64,000 bases of DNA from the human T2T-CHM13v2.0 reference genome, Homo sapiens. Every line of letters starts with the position of its first letter. Position 1 is the first letter of the stretch. The notes below the pieces were generated by a model. It searched no databases. It had not been told where the DNA came from and saw only the letters and a program-made list of their open reading frames with translations. The stretch lies in assembly GCF_009914755.1 (NCBI RefSeq), contig NC_060928.1. One strand, 5' to 3'. Positions 1-18,020 of this stretch are shown in pieces. Both the position numbers and the translations under genes were made by a program.

Positions 1-184
1 GGGAGAAAAATGTAAGAATTCAAAAATACCATTAAGAACTTCCAGGGAATTCCTGAATTCAAATAGGCATATATTAAGGATTAATTCCAATATAGAGACA
101 CTCTAATATTACATGTATGTGAACACACACATATATACACATATACTAATTTTAATTGAAAAATATGTCATTGAAACATATAAT

Positions 185-605
185 GAATATCTGCTCACCA
201 AACCCATTTCTTTTCCTTCCTAGATCAATGTGAATGTGTATTTGTCAATGTTTCTTATAGTAGGGTACGGTCAAATCACAGATATTTAGCACATGGAAAA
301 TTAGCAGTAGTGATGCGTGAAAATTGAAGGCCTGGACCATGAGAGCCTTCCAGAGGTGATTCTCAATGCTCATTTCCTTCACGGACTTGGCACAGATGAG
401 CAGGGGAGACTTTAAAGTCATGTATTGAGAACAAAGGAGCCAGAAGATGGAAGGAATCTGAGTCCCTATATTACTACTTGAGAACCACCAGCTCTACAGA
501 AATATGTTTTGGTTTTCATATGAGCATTAAAAAGATGTCAATGATAATCTGAGCCATAAAAATGATTTTGTATGTTTGTTACAACACTTAGTATTCTTTA
601 ATACG
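185..605 (+). mobile_element. MaLR solo LTR remnant, MLT1J-like
   Basis: Diverged matches to recalled MLT1J motifs: 'cccatttc..ttcct', 'ggagccagaagatggaaggaatctgagtccct', 3' 'tgtttgttacaac..tagtatt..taatac'. Confidence 0.65.
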
Positions 606-740
606 ATATTTCAAAAATTCTTAATCAGATTTCAAAGATTGGTTGTCCAAAAAAAAAAAAACCACCAAACTCTTTACAAATAAAAAATGTATATATTTGT
701 ACATTTTTTAAGATAGTATTTAATTAAAAACAAGTTTTCT

Positions 741-1041
741 TTGTTTGTTTGTTTGTTTTGACACAGAGTCTCATTCTGTCACCCAGGCTAGAGTGCAGTG
801 GTGCAATCATGGCTCATTACAGCCTTGAACTCCTTAGCTCAGGTGATCCTCCCACCTTAGCCTCCCGAGTAGCTGGGACTGCAGGCACAGCACACCATGT
901 CTGGCTAATTTTTGTATTTTTTGTAGACAAGGGGTTTCACCATGTGACCCAGACTGGTCTTGAATTCCTGGGATCAAGCAATCTGCCTGTCTCAACCTCC
1001 CAAATTGCCACGATGACCAGTGTGAACCACTGCACATGGCC
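741..1041 (-). mobile_element. Alu, old AluJ-like, full length
   Basis: Antisense Alu dimer with (TTTG)n tail; degenerate TSD aaaaacaagttttct (726-740) / agaaacaggttttct (1042-1056). Confidence 0.95.
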
Positions 1042-1124
1042 AGAAACAGGTTTTCTTGAAGGACAACGACAAGTTACATGGAGAAGATTCCATACTAAGT
1101 TCTTATTTGATTAAAAAAAAGTTC

Positions 1125-4100
1125 TTTATTATTATTTTTTAAATTTCCATAGGTTTTTGCGGGACACATGGTGTTTTGTTACATGAATAAGTTCTTTAGT
1201 GAGATTTTGGTGCACCCATCACCCAAGCAGTATACACTGTAACTAATTTGTAGTCTTTTATCCCTCACCCTCCTCCCACACTTACCCCCAAATCCCTGAA
1301 GTCCATTGTATTATTCTTATGCCTTTGCATCCTCATAGCTTAGCTCCCACTTATGAGTGAGAACATATGATATTTGGTTTTTATTCCTGAGTTACTTCAA
1401 TTAGAATAATGGTCTCCAATTCCATCCAGGTCACTTCAAATGCCATTATTTCATTTTTTTCATGGCTGCATGGTATTCCATGGTGTGTGTGTATATATAT
1501 ATATGAATACCACAATTTCTTTACCCACTTGTTGATTGATGAGCATTTGAGCTGGTTTCATATTTTTGCAATTGCAAATTGTGCTGCTATAAACATGTGA
1601 GTGCAACTATCTTTTTCATATAATGACTTCTTTTCTTCTGGGTAGGTACCCAGCAGTGAAGGATTGCTGGATCAAATGGTAGTTCTGCTTTCAGTTATCT
1701 AAGGACTCTCCACACTGTTTTTCATAGTGGTTGTACTAGTTTACATTCCCACCAGCAATGTAAAAGTGTTCCTTTTTCACCAGATCCCTGCCAACATCTA
1801 CTATTTTTTTTTTCATTATGGCCATTCTTGCAGGAGTAAGGTGGTATTGCATTATGGTTTTGATTTACATTTTCCTGATCATTAGTGATGTTGAGCATTT
1901 TTTCATGTCACAGGATCCTTAGGGGTGTTGCTTTTCCAGCCAGAAACCTCTGTGGATGGTGGTGCCTTTGCCTGAGTTTTGCACAGGCCTATTGGGCTTG
2001 TTCCGCCCACACAGCCTGGTAGGCTGCACTTGGCTCACACTACCAGCTCAGATTCCATGCCTGCCAAGGATGAGCCAGGTGCAGAGTGATGAGAGGTGTG
2101 TGAGTGAGCATGGGGTCTGGCCACTGTGCACAGCCAGGTGTGCTAGCTGCAGCAGGGCAGGCAGCTCCAGGCACTGGTGCAGGCACTGGCTAAATGTGAG
2201 GCTGCAGCTAGACCAAGTATACTGCAAACAGCTTCCACTGTGGGCACCAGAGAATGCAGTGACTCCTAAAATCTTAGAGATACCATGAACTGCAGAGCTG
2301 CAAAGAGGGTGTCACAGCCCTGGCCCAGCCCTAGGTCTGGGCTCCCCAAAGGGCCATGGCTCTTCTCTACTTATCTTCTCTCATTGTCACCCACAGTATG
2401 GTGAGCGGGGGGGCATGTTTCAGCCCTGTTTGTATTACTGCTCTTTCAGGCCCGCATTCAGCATGTCCTGAGTTCTTGTCTCACGTCCAGGAAGAATGAG
2501 GTACATGGACAACTAGAGGGTGAATAAGGCAGAGAAGTTTCACTGAATGACAGAACAGCTCTCAGGAGTCCCAAGGTGGTTAGCTCCTTTCTGCAGGCAG
2601 GTTGTCCTAATGAGTGTCCAGCTCTCAGCAGAAAGGAGACCTGTAGTGGGTAGCTCTGTACCACAGGCAGGCTATCCTGATGAGTGTCCACCTCTCAGCA
2701 GAGAAGAGACCTACTGCTGGTAGCTCCTTTCCACAGCTGGTTGTCCTGACATCTGAGTCTGGGGTTTTTATGGTCTCAGAAGGGAGGAAGTGCATGCTGA
2801 CTGATTTATGGCTGGCCATTGGCAGGTGTGAAAAAAAGCACCATAAGTTCTTACCTTGGATCACTGACTCCACCCAGAAATGGCAGGCCAGCCCCCAGGC
2901 TTTAGGCCGTCCCTCGCTTGAAGGTCCTGTTTCACCAGGGACCCACCCATTTTCACCCAAGAGCTTGATGGCTTCCTGGCAACATCAACATGCCATCCAC
3001 AGAGCCCAAGCTGTTCATCCCAAGGGGCGTCTGCAGGCTGTCACCAAGGTGCTCTCAGAGCCCCCTGGCCTCCCTCCCTCGTCAATGCCAAAAGTTTCAG
3101 AGGGGACTGAGACAGCAGTGGGGCTGGCATGTCAGCACAGCCCCGAGTTCATGTACACTCAACCAGGTTACAACAACAGCCAGGCTTAGCCGCAACTTTG
3201 CTCCACACCAGAGCAGGTGCTGGCAATGGGGAGACACCAGATCTTGGGAGCAGGGACTTCTGAGCCTGAAGGGGAAGGGGCTTTGCAGGCCTGCAAGAGT
3301 GCAGGGATGTCCAAGTCTGGATCCACGGCTGTGTGGCTGCAACTGTGCTGAGGATCATGGGGTTCCTGCCCTGCAAACTTGGTAGGGGCAGGGCTACCAC
3401 AGGCATCACAGAGCATGAAACTTCAGCTGTGACTCCACTGCTGCAGCTGCTGTCTTCACATCAGCTGCTCCAGATGGGCCACCACTGCCATCAATATGTT
3501 TGTTGGCCATTTGTATATCTTATTGTGAGAATTCATGTCCTTAGCCCACTTTCTGATGGGATTGTTTGTGTTTTCTTGCTAATTTGTTTGAATTCCTTGT
3601 AGATTCTGGATACTAGTCCTTTGTCAGATATATAGATTACAAAGATTTTTTCCCACTCTATGGGTTGTCTGTTTACTCTGCTAATTGTTTCTTTTGCTGG
3701 GCAGAAGGTTTTTATTTTAATTAAGTCCCATCTATTTATCTTTGTTTTGTTGCATTAGCTTTTGGGTTCTTGGTCATGAAGTCTTTGCCTAAGCCAATGT
3801 CTAGAAGGGGTTTTCTAATGTTATTGCATAGAATTTTTATGGTTTCAGGTTTTAGATTTAAGTTCTGGATCCATCTTGAGTTGATTTTTATGTAAGGTGA
3901 CAGATGAGGATCCAGTTTCATTCTTCTACATGTAGCTTGCCAATTATCCCAGCACCGTTTGTTGAATAGGGTTTCCTTTCCCCATTTTATGCTTTTGTTG
4001 GCTTTGTTGAAGGTCAGTTGGCTATAAGTAGTTGGCTTTATTTCTGGGTTCTCTATTCTGTTCCATTGGCCTATGTGCCTATTTTTATAGCAGTACCATA

Positions 4101-7100
4101 TTGTTTGGGTGACTATGGCCTTATAATATAGTTTGAAGTCAGGTAATGTGATGCCTTCAGATTTGTTCTTTTTGCTTAGTCTTGCTTTGGCTATGTGGGT
4201 TCTTTTTTGGTTTCATATAAATTTTAGGATTGTTTGGTTATTTTCACAATATTGATTCTAGCCATACATGAGCATGGGATATGTTTCTATTTGTTTGTGT
4301 CATCTATGATTTCTTTCAGCAGTATTTTGTAGTTTTCTTTTTAGAGGCTTTTCACCTCCTTGGTTAGGTATATTCCTAATTAGTTTGTGATTTTTTGCAG
4401 CTATTGTAAAAGGGGTTGAGTTCTTGATTTGATTCTCAGCTTGGTCACCATTGGTGTATAGCAGAGCTACTGATTTGTGCATATTAATTTTGTATCATAA
4501 AACTTCAGTAAATTCATTTATCAGTCCTAGGAGCTTTTTGCATGAGTCTTTAGGGTTTTCTAGATATACTATTTGGATGCCCTTTATTTCTTTCTCTTGT
4601 CTGATTGTTCTAGCTAGGACTTCCAGTACTATGTTGAATAGAACTGGGGAGAGTGGGCATTATTGTCTGGTTCAAATTCTCAGAGGAATGCTTTCAACTT
4701 CTCTCCATTCAGTGTAATGTTGGCTGTGGGGTTGTCATAGATGGCTTTTATTACATTAAAGTATGTCCCTTCTATGCCAATTTTTCTAAGGGTTTTAATC
4801 ATAAAGGGATGCTGGATTTTGTCAAATGCTTTTTCTGCATCCATTGAGATAAACATGTGATTTTTGCTTTTAATTCTGTTTATGTGGCATATCACATTTA
4901 TTGATTGTGTATGTGAAACCATCCCTGCATTCCTGGTATGAAACCCACTTGATCATGGTGGATTATCTTTTTGATATTCTCCTGGATTTGGCCACCTAGC
5001 ACATTGTTAAGGATTTTTGCATCTATATTCATCAGACATATTGGTCTGTAGTTTTCTTTTTGTGTTATGTCCTTTCCTGGTTTTGGTATTAGGGTGATAC
5101 TGGTTTCATAGAATGATTTAGGAAGGATTCCTTCTTTTTTTATCTTGTGGGATAGTATCAATAGGATTGGTACCAATTCTTCTTTGAGTGTCTGATAGAA
5201 TTCAGCTGTGAATCCATCTGTCCTGGACTCTTTTTGGTTGGCATTTTTTATTACCATTTTAATATTGCTGATTGTTATTTGTCTGTTCAGAATTTATATA
5301 TATTCCTGGTTTAATCTAGGAGGGTTGTATATTTCCAGGAATTTATCTATCTCTTCTAGGTTTTCCAGTTTATTCGCATAAAGATGTTCTTAGTAGCCTT
5401 GAATGATATTTTGTATTCTGTGGTATCTGTTTTAATATCACTTGTTTCATTTTTATTTGAGCTTATTTGGATCTTCTCTCTTCTTTACCTAGTTAATCTC
5501 ACTAATGGTCTGTCAATTTTATTTATCTTTTAAAAGAGCCAGCTTTTTGTTTCATTTATCTTTTGTATTTTTTTATTTCATTTAGTTCTGCTTTGATCTT
5601 CATTATTTCTTTTTTTCTGTTGGGTTTGTCTTTGGTTTGTTTTTATTTCTCTAGTTCCTTGAGGTGTGGCTTTAGATTGTCTATTTGTGCTTTTTCAGAC
5701 TTTTTGATGTATGCATTTAAAGCTGTGAACTTTCCTCTTAGCACTACCTTTGCTATATCCCAGAGGTTTTGATAGGCTGTGTCACTATTATTGTTCAATT
5801 CAAAGAAGTTTTTAATTTTCATCTTGATTTCATTATTGACACAACTATAATTCAGGAGCAGGTTATTTAATTTCCATATATTTGGATTGTTTTGAGGGCT
5901 CCTTTTGGAGTTGATTTCCAATTTTATTCTCCTGTGGTCTGAGAGAGTAATATAATTTCAATTTTCTTAAATTTTTTGAGGCTTATTTTGTGACCTATCA
6001 TATGGTCTCTCTTGGAGAAAGTCCCATGTGTTGATGAATAGAATGTATATTCTGCAGTTGTTTGGTAGAATGTTCTATAAATATCTATTAAGTCTATCTA
6101 TTCTAGGTATAGTTTAAATCCATTGTTTTTTTTGTTGTTGTTGTTGACTTTCTGTCTTGATGACCTGTTTACTGCCGTCAGTGAAGTACTGAAGTCCCCC
6201 ACTAATATTGTGTTGCCATCTATCTCATTTCTTATGTCTGGTAGTAATTGTTTTATAAATTTGGGAGTTCCAATGTTTAGGTGCATACTTATTTAGGATT
6301 GTCATTTTGTTGTTGTTGTTGGACAAGTCCTTTTATCATTATGTAATGCCTTTCTTTGTCTTTTTTATGGCTGTTGCTTTGAAGTTTGTTTTGTCTGACA
6401 TAAGAATAGCAACTCCTGCTCACTTTTGGTGTCCATCTGCATAGACTATCTTTTTCTACCCCTTAACCTTAAGTTAATGTGAGTCCTTATGTGTCAGGTG
6501 AGTCTCAAAGACAGTAGGTACTTGGTTGGTAAATTCTTATCCATTCTGCCATTCTTTATCTTTTAAGTAGATGATTTAGGCCATTTATGTTCAACGTTGA
6601 GATGTGAGGTACTATTCTATTCATCATTCTGTTTCCTGAATAACATTTTTTTAAATTTATTTACTGTGTTTTTGTTTTATGGGCCCTGTGAGATTTATGC
6701 TTTAAAGATGTTCATTTTGGTGTATTTCAAGGATTTGTTTCAAGAGTTAGAGCTCCTTTTAGCAGTTCTTGTAGTGCTGGGTGGACTATGTCAGAGGGAA
6801 GACCTGGGACTCAAGGGCTGCTCTTAAGATTCTTTTGTCCCACAGGGTGCTCCCTTGATGTGGTGTTCTCCCCCTTCCCCTAGGAATGCGGCTTCCTGAG
6901 AGCGGAACTGTAGTGATTATTTCTCTTCTGGATTTAGCTAGCCAGCAGAGCTACCAGGCTTGGGAGTGGTTCTAGGGAGTGCCTGCACAGTTCTGTGATG
7001 TGAACCGTCTTCAGGTCTCTCAGCCATGGATAACAGCATCTGCTCTGGTGGAGGTGGCAGGGGAGTGAAGTAAACTCTGTGAGGGTCCTTAGCTGTAGTT

Positions 7101-8200
7101 TTGTTTATTGCACTAGTTTTGTGCTGGTTGGCCTTCTGCCAGGAGATGGCACTTTCAAGAGTGCATCAGGTGTGGTAGCATAGGGAGGATCAGGTGGTGA
7201 GTGGGGGCTTAGAGCTCCCAAGAGAACACGCCCTTTGTCTTCGACTACCAGGGCTGGTAGAGAAAGACCATCAGGTTCTGGAAGGGTTAGGCGTGTCTGA
7301 GCTCAGACTCTCCTTGGGCAGGGCTTGCTGTGGCTGCTGTGGAAGATGGGGGCATGGTTCTCAGGCCAATGGAGTTATGTTCCCAGGGGAATTTTGGCTG
7401 CTTCTGCTGTGCTATGCAGGTTACTAGGAAAGTGGGGGAAAGTTGGCAGTTACAGGCCTCACCCAGCTCCCATGCAGCCCAAAAGGCTGGTCTCACTCCC
7501 ATCATTCTCCCAACAGCACAGAGTTTGTTTCCGGGCATGCTGAGAACTTGCCCCATGCTACCAGCCTCCCCACTGTGAAGCAAGTATGGTTTTCAGATTT
7601 CGTACCACCCTGCCTGCCGCAGCTTCTGTGCTGTGTCTACACTCTGGATTCACACCATCCCCTGAGTTCTGTCCAGGAATCTATGAGTTCAGTCGAAATT
7701 GTTACAAAGTTCAGCTGGAAGTTTCCTTTATCATGTGGACTTTTCCCGGTTCCTCTGGTAGCCCTCCCCAAGGACCTCTGTGAGATAAAGTCAGAAATGG
7801 CTTCCCTGGGGACTGAGAGAGCCCACAGGGGCACTTCCTGTCGGGTCTTCTATCACTATATTTTGCTTGGCTCTCTAAAATTGTCTCAGCTCCTGGTAAG
7901 GTCACATACTTTTTCCATGATCTGGACCTTCAGGTTCTGCAGTGAGGGTGTGTGTCTGGGGGTGGACAATCCCTCTTTCACTTTCACTCTTTGAGCATTT
8001 ACAGTTTTGGGGCTGTCTCCTGGGGCCTGCAGGAGCAATCCACTTCCTTCAAAGAGTCTGTGGATTCTCTCAGCCTTCCTGGTGTGTTTCTGCAGTTCCT
8101 GGAGTAAAAGTTCTAGATGTATGTGTTTCCACATGTTGCTCTATCTGTCCCAGTGGGAGCTGCAATTTAGTCCTGCCTTCTATCTGCCATTTTCCTCTCT
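1125..8200 (-). mobile_element. LINE-1, L1PB1-like, 5' UTR retained, ORF1 deleted, ORF2 degenerate, interrupted by MER52
   Basis: L1PB-type 3' UTR ('ttccataggttttt..ttacatgaataagttctttagt'); minus-strand ORF2 peptides at 3736-3921, 4680-4922, 4898-5257 ([24 protein letters not shown]), 5643-5921, 6098-6286; GC-richer 5' UTR 6781-8200. Confidence 0.93.
1906..3493 (-). mobile_element. ERV1 solo LTR, MER52 family, nested in the L1PB
   Basis: TG...CA termini (tgtcacagg...ctgccatca); reverse complement starts tgatggcagtggtggcccatctggagcagc, like MER52; L1 text 'gagcattttttca|atatgtttgttggcc' rejoins across it; GC-rich with ~70-bp internal repeats. Confidence 0.85.
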
Positions 8201-8836
8201 CAGTAGTCTGATAAGTTCTTTGGGATCATATTAAGATTCATATTTTTTAAAGTGTTATACTTGGGAAGAGCTATTATTTAATTTTAGGAAAATGTCATTG
8301 ATGTTTTAGAGCAGTATCTGAAAATTTTAGAATCTGTGAATTCTTCTACTAGATTATATTATTTTCCTCTGGGGATTGAGTCATATATCATTAACTTAGG
8401 CTAAGATTTAGTGATATTTAATAAATAATAGATGGTCTAAACACTTTAATTGAATAAATGTATGTACTTTGTCTCTAAATTTAACAGTTATATTTATTAC
8501 ATATTATTAGTACAACACATGCTTATTAGTTTTACAGTGCTTTATAAATGCAACCTGCATACAAAGAAAGAACAGAGAGATAGAGGTAAATATTTTGATT
8601 TGCTCTGCTATAGACAGGTATAAAACCACTAAAGAAGTTTTTTTCCAAGGCTATGGTAGTAGAGCAAAACATGGAGTTTTGTCTTTGACCAAGTCTCAGG
8701 TTAAGAATTAAGTTATTCAAGGAATTAAATTTTAAGACTGGGAGCTTTATATGTGTCAATGGTGGCGAATTTATGAGATACTTGATAAATGTAATTTTTT
8801 CAAAAAAAAATTAGACAAAGTTAAAAGGGCTTCAGT

Positions 8837-8843
<7 letters not shown>

Positions 8844-8870
<27 letters not shown>
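8844..8870. repeat. (TA)n microsatellite
   Basis: Direct reading. Confidence 0.95.
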
Positions 8871-8877
<7 letters not shown>

Positions 8878-10829
8878 GACACACTGTATATATATTAAAT
8901 ATAGTCTATGTTATATAAATACATTCATCTGAGTGTATATTTAAATATATGATCTGGTATTCCAGAGGAAAAGCTCTTAAAGTTTTAATTTTAAGTAGCA
9001 AAAATAGGAAAATATTAAACTATTTCCTTTTATGGGTAAAAGCTAAAAGAAAAAAAATGAAGTAATTTTTTTTCAAGATTGTCAGTGAATAGAAGGAGTT
9101 CTGCTTAAACAATAGCAAATAAAAAAATAAACCACTGGAAAACCAGATTTTTAAGCTAAAAATCTACACATATCATATTATAATTAATGTATGTAATTAT
9201 CTATAATAGTATGCAATTCAAATTTATAATCATTTCACTTCAAAATTGTCTTGTTTTAAGTATTTCTTAGGAATGAAAAATAATTTCCAGGTTTGCTTTG
9301 AGCCATCAAATTGCAAACACTTTGTAAATGAGAAGGAAACAATAATCTGTTTGGCTACTATGCCAAGAGGGACCCTAACAGCAGGTGATTACAATAAAAA
9401 CCACCTTGTTATATAGTTAACATCTGTGCTTTCTAAATGGTAAAGTAAATGAACATAATGGATATAGTTTTGGATTCACATTTTGCCACCTGCCTTTACA
9501 CAAGCATACACAGAATGTCTTCAAATCACAGAGCCAAAATCTCAGACACATCCTGCCAATTTTCCTTAAATGATTGTATGCATCAATGACAAGGAACAAA
9601 CACATTTTGCAATTTTGTTTGCAAGGAAAGAGCAACCCTTAAGTTTATAACAAGGAAAGACTAGAATCAGAACCATTTTTTGAGATGTATATACTAGAAT
9701 GCAAAGATCCAACAGAATCTCAGAATCATCTTACTGTTTTTAAAATAAATGAATAAGAAACAAAAAAATATGGACTTCCTGGCTGATGTAATAACATTCA
9801 AAGGGATTTTTGTTAGGTAAATATATTTGATATTGTGCAAATAAAATGTTTGATAGTTACTTAAGGTCTTCACTTATGGTATACAAAACAATTGGTCCAT
9901 CACTATCAGACACATTTTTTTCTTTGCACTGCTGGAACACCTGGCATGCTTTAAAGAGGGTACATTTCAACAGTCAATGAACAGGCTGCCAACTAATTCC
10001 AGAGATTTTGCTTCCTGTTATGATGTAATTTCCAAGTTCTTATGCGGATAGTAAGGATTAACAGTAAACATACGTATAATTGGATTTTTTAATGAGTGTT
10101 TATTTTTCTTTTTTTAACATTTAAGTTGATCAAACTTGCATTGCCTTGCTTAAAGATTTTGATTAAAAATGAAATTATGTTTGCAGGCATACTTTTTATT
10201 GAACTTTTTATTATGAGTAAGAAAAATCCTAGTTTCTCTGTTCATTTATGTTGTGGCCTAGGAAAGATACTTAGCATCTTGAGACTTCAGATTCTCTGTC
10301 TACCATAAGTATATACCATAAGTATATATTGCAAACTGAACATGCTTTTGTCTGTTTAACAGAACATACAATTAAATAAAAAGTGTCCCTTGATGAAATG
10401 CTTGTGAAAGTTATTCTATTGCCTCTCAACAAACAGACATCATGAACCCCAGAATATTAAACATGTCAAAGAATTTTGCAGCAAAACAAAAAATATAAAA
10501 ATAGAGAAGTAAACCAGCATTTCTTCAAATTGTTTGATCATAGTATGCTAAAAAAAATTGGGGTTGGAAGGTGTTAGAATTAGAACGTATTGCCATCTCC
10601 CAGACCCCATAGGATTCTGCATTGTTATTTTAATAGTGGTATTAAATGATGTGTGGGTCCCTATTAGTGATATTTAGCTATGATACTTAGAATACTTGAA
10701 AATCACAACTCAAATGTTCTCCTAGAAGCTTAAATGAAACTTTCATGTCCTTCCAGTAAAAAATATTCTTGTATTCAAGATTTTTGGTAAATGAATAAAT
10801 CATAGCTGCTCTTGCGGTGAGAGTGGGGG

Positions 10830-10960
10830 AAATTGGTAACTATGTGAAACGATGGCTATGTTCATTCTTCCACTATAGTAACCATTTTATCATGTATATA
10901 TATTTTATAACATCATGTTGTATACCTTAAATATATGCAATAAATTTTATTTAAAACAAT
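10830..10960 (+). mobile_element. Old L1 (L1MA-type) extreme 3' end
   Basis: 'ggtaactatgtga..gatggctatgtt..aacatcatgttgtataccttaaatatatgcaataaa' resembles the L1MA8-10 terminus. Confidence 0.75.
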
Positions 10961-11694
10961 TTTTAACTTTTTAGTCATTCTAAAACTCCAATTAATAGAT
11001 ATAATATAAAATTTTCTTTGGATATTTAAATTTTAATTTGTTTCTCATATGAAACATACCTCTAATTACGTGTCTGATAGGACAAGCAAGCACCATTTGC
11101 CTGGCTATTAAATTGACATTTTCATCACCTGAATGCATTTTTGTGGCATTTTTGAGGAGGCAGTAATACAAAACTTAGAAATAAAATTGAAAGTTTTAAA
11201 TATCCAAGGTTACTTGCTGTTTTGTTACAAAAAAAAGCATATAAAATATAAAAACACATCACGCTCATCAATTTTAATTCCCAGTTTCAAAGTGTTACAT
11301 TATATGTATTTGAGATTAAATAAATTTCAATTTCTTGCTATTGAAATTAAATAGAATCTTTATTCTAATATATTTTTCCACAAGATTTTAGTTTTAAAAA
11401 GTAAGAACTTTTTAGGAATACCTCTCAAAATAATGTCACTCATTAAATAACTTCTGTTGTATTTGTAATATATCATATTTTGGAACAGCATAATAATATA
11501 TAACAGCATATATATACATATATATGCCATTCTGAAAAATTTAAAGACTTTTAATTTTTAAATTTCATTCTTAGGATTTTAGAGAAAATTTGCTGAAAAC
11601 TATATTCCACAAGATCAATGAAAATAATGACTTGTGGCTTTTTAACCTTATTAAGTGATTCAGATACTAATAAGAGACATTGACCAGTTAAAAC

Positions 11695-16198
<4,504 letters not shown>

Positions 16199-16211
16199 AA
16201 GTAAGAAATGT

Positions 16212-17280
16212 TCCTGCACAAGCACACAGTGCAGCATCCCTCAGGGAGAGGCTGCTAAAGGGTCCCAGTGGTGATGAGCTGGTCATGGAGGCTCTTGCAT
16301 GCTCTTTTAAGGAGTTTGGAGTGTATTAGGGAAGCTATTTTAAGGAAGGCTATTATAAATCCAAATTTGGATATTAGAAAGAACACCCTGGAAACAATGT
16401 TGAGGATACGTTGTTGAAGAGCAAAATTAAAGATATTGTGAAATTTTTTATTAAAAATAAATTTTTTAAATATTAAAAATAGAGCAAAAATGGAGATGCA
16501 AAAAAGGAGATATATGAAGAGATATTTAAGAGGGCAGAAAATAATTTTTTTCAAAATCTGGACTATTTCCTTATTTTATGATTTGAATAATTGAGTGGAT
16601 GTTGACTTCATTCTTTGAGATAGGAACAAAAAGAGGAAGAATAGTTTTGTGAAATGGTAATGAGTCGGGCCTGGGTGTGTTGAGTTTGAGACATCTATGT
16701 GCCATCCAATTGAAGGCACTAAATATGTAGTTGGACCTATGAGTCTAAAAACTCAGAACAGGTTTTTAATTTAAGAGTTTGTTAAAATGCAGTGATAGGT
16801 GAAGCCATAGAGAAAAGTATTTATGTTGAAAATAGGGTTTAAAAAGAGTGGAAAATTCTTTAGAACATCAACAGAAGTGAAGTTGAGGTCATCAAAAGAG
16901 ACAGTATATTTTAGAAAAGAGCACTAAGTATGAGATTTGAAAGATGCTTTCCTAAAAACAATTAAAGAGAAAGAAGAGTCCATGAAATTGACTAACAAGA
17001 AATAGGAGTCCATGAAATTGACTAACAAGTGTTAGGGAAATTTAGAAAAAAACCTATAGACAATTTAAAGATACATGAAAGCATAAAAATCTCAAATACT
17101 ATAAAAGTTAAATGAAATAAGTTCTGAAAATATGCCTATTATATTTGGTAAATAAATAGGATGCCATTGAAATTAGGGGAAAGTGTCTCAGTGAATTTTT
17201 CTGAAGAGAGGGCATTCCACTAGTTTGAGGTGAAAAAATAGCAAGAAATTTAAAATAATGAAATTAAACAAGGCCTTTCA
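16212..17280 (-). mobile_element. L2 remnant, right part
   Basis: 'taaggagtttggagt', 'tgttgagtttgagacatctatgtgccatccaa..tagttgga' are typical antisense L2 motifs. Confidence 0.7.
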
Positions 17281-18020
17281 ACTAGGTAAAGCACTTTAAA
17301 ATCATTAATAAAATAAAAGTAATATACTACTTAATCTATGAGGTGTCTTCTATCATAGCCTGTTCATGATTCATAAAAAAGGAAATCCAATTATAGAAGA
17401 AACCCTAATATTTGATATACTTAAATAAAAACAAAATGCTTTATAAAGGTTAGCTTTTGCTAAGGCTTGGAATAAGTTCAAAAATAAAATTTATGGCCTA
17501 TGAAGTGGATGCATCTTCTCTATTATGCATTTAATACCCTTTACTCATCAAAGCAATGCTGACTCACTTGAAATTTTGAATACCTCTATTTATAAAATAT
17601 ATATACTTGACTTTCAGGATCAATAATACAAATGTTAGTAAATCATTAAGGAAATCACGTAATGTTCACCATTTGACTTAACGGGCTTCTATGCTTAAAC
17701 AGCTGACTTTACTGTATTATTTTATGGTTCTATGTATTTCTTCTATTTTGACAAGTAAAAGTGGATTCAACAAGATATATCCAGAATTTTCACACAGATA
17801 TGAATAATAATGATAGATAATTACTGAAGCAAAAAATCAAAATAAAACTCAACTAAAGCAAAATGAGACAGCAAACAGAAACACTAAAATAATACTGACT
17901 CACTGGTGTTAAAAAATAAGGACAAAGGTAAGAAATTGTATGTTTTGGTGTTGTACCTCTTTACCTTTATGTATTAAAAGTTAATGTTTTCTGTTAATGT
18001 TTAACATATTAAAATGTTTT

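Noticed and set aside
749-1114. 121-aa ORF and similar Alu ORFs (25429-25758, 40674-41051, 48563-48874 and others)
   Set aside because: Antisense Alu translations (SPRLECSG.., [12 protein letters not shown]), a well-known artefact
2560-2760. Three ~70-bp repeats that look like a repeat-spacer array
   Set aside because: Internal tandem repeats of the MER52 LTR with no unique spacers and no cas genes; eukaryotic DNA
1956-3416. Cluster of overlapping ORFs up to 169 aa
   Set aside because: Expected in a GC-rich LTR; no gag/pol/env motifs
7194-8234. Overlapping ORFs up to 183 aa
   Set aside because: Lie in the GC-rich L1PB 5' UTR; no recognisable domain
9351-9366. ttggc-tactat-gccaa, NFI-like palindrome
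   Set aside because: Spacer is 6 nt; the NFI consensus needs 5
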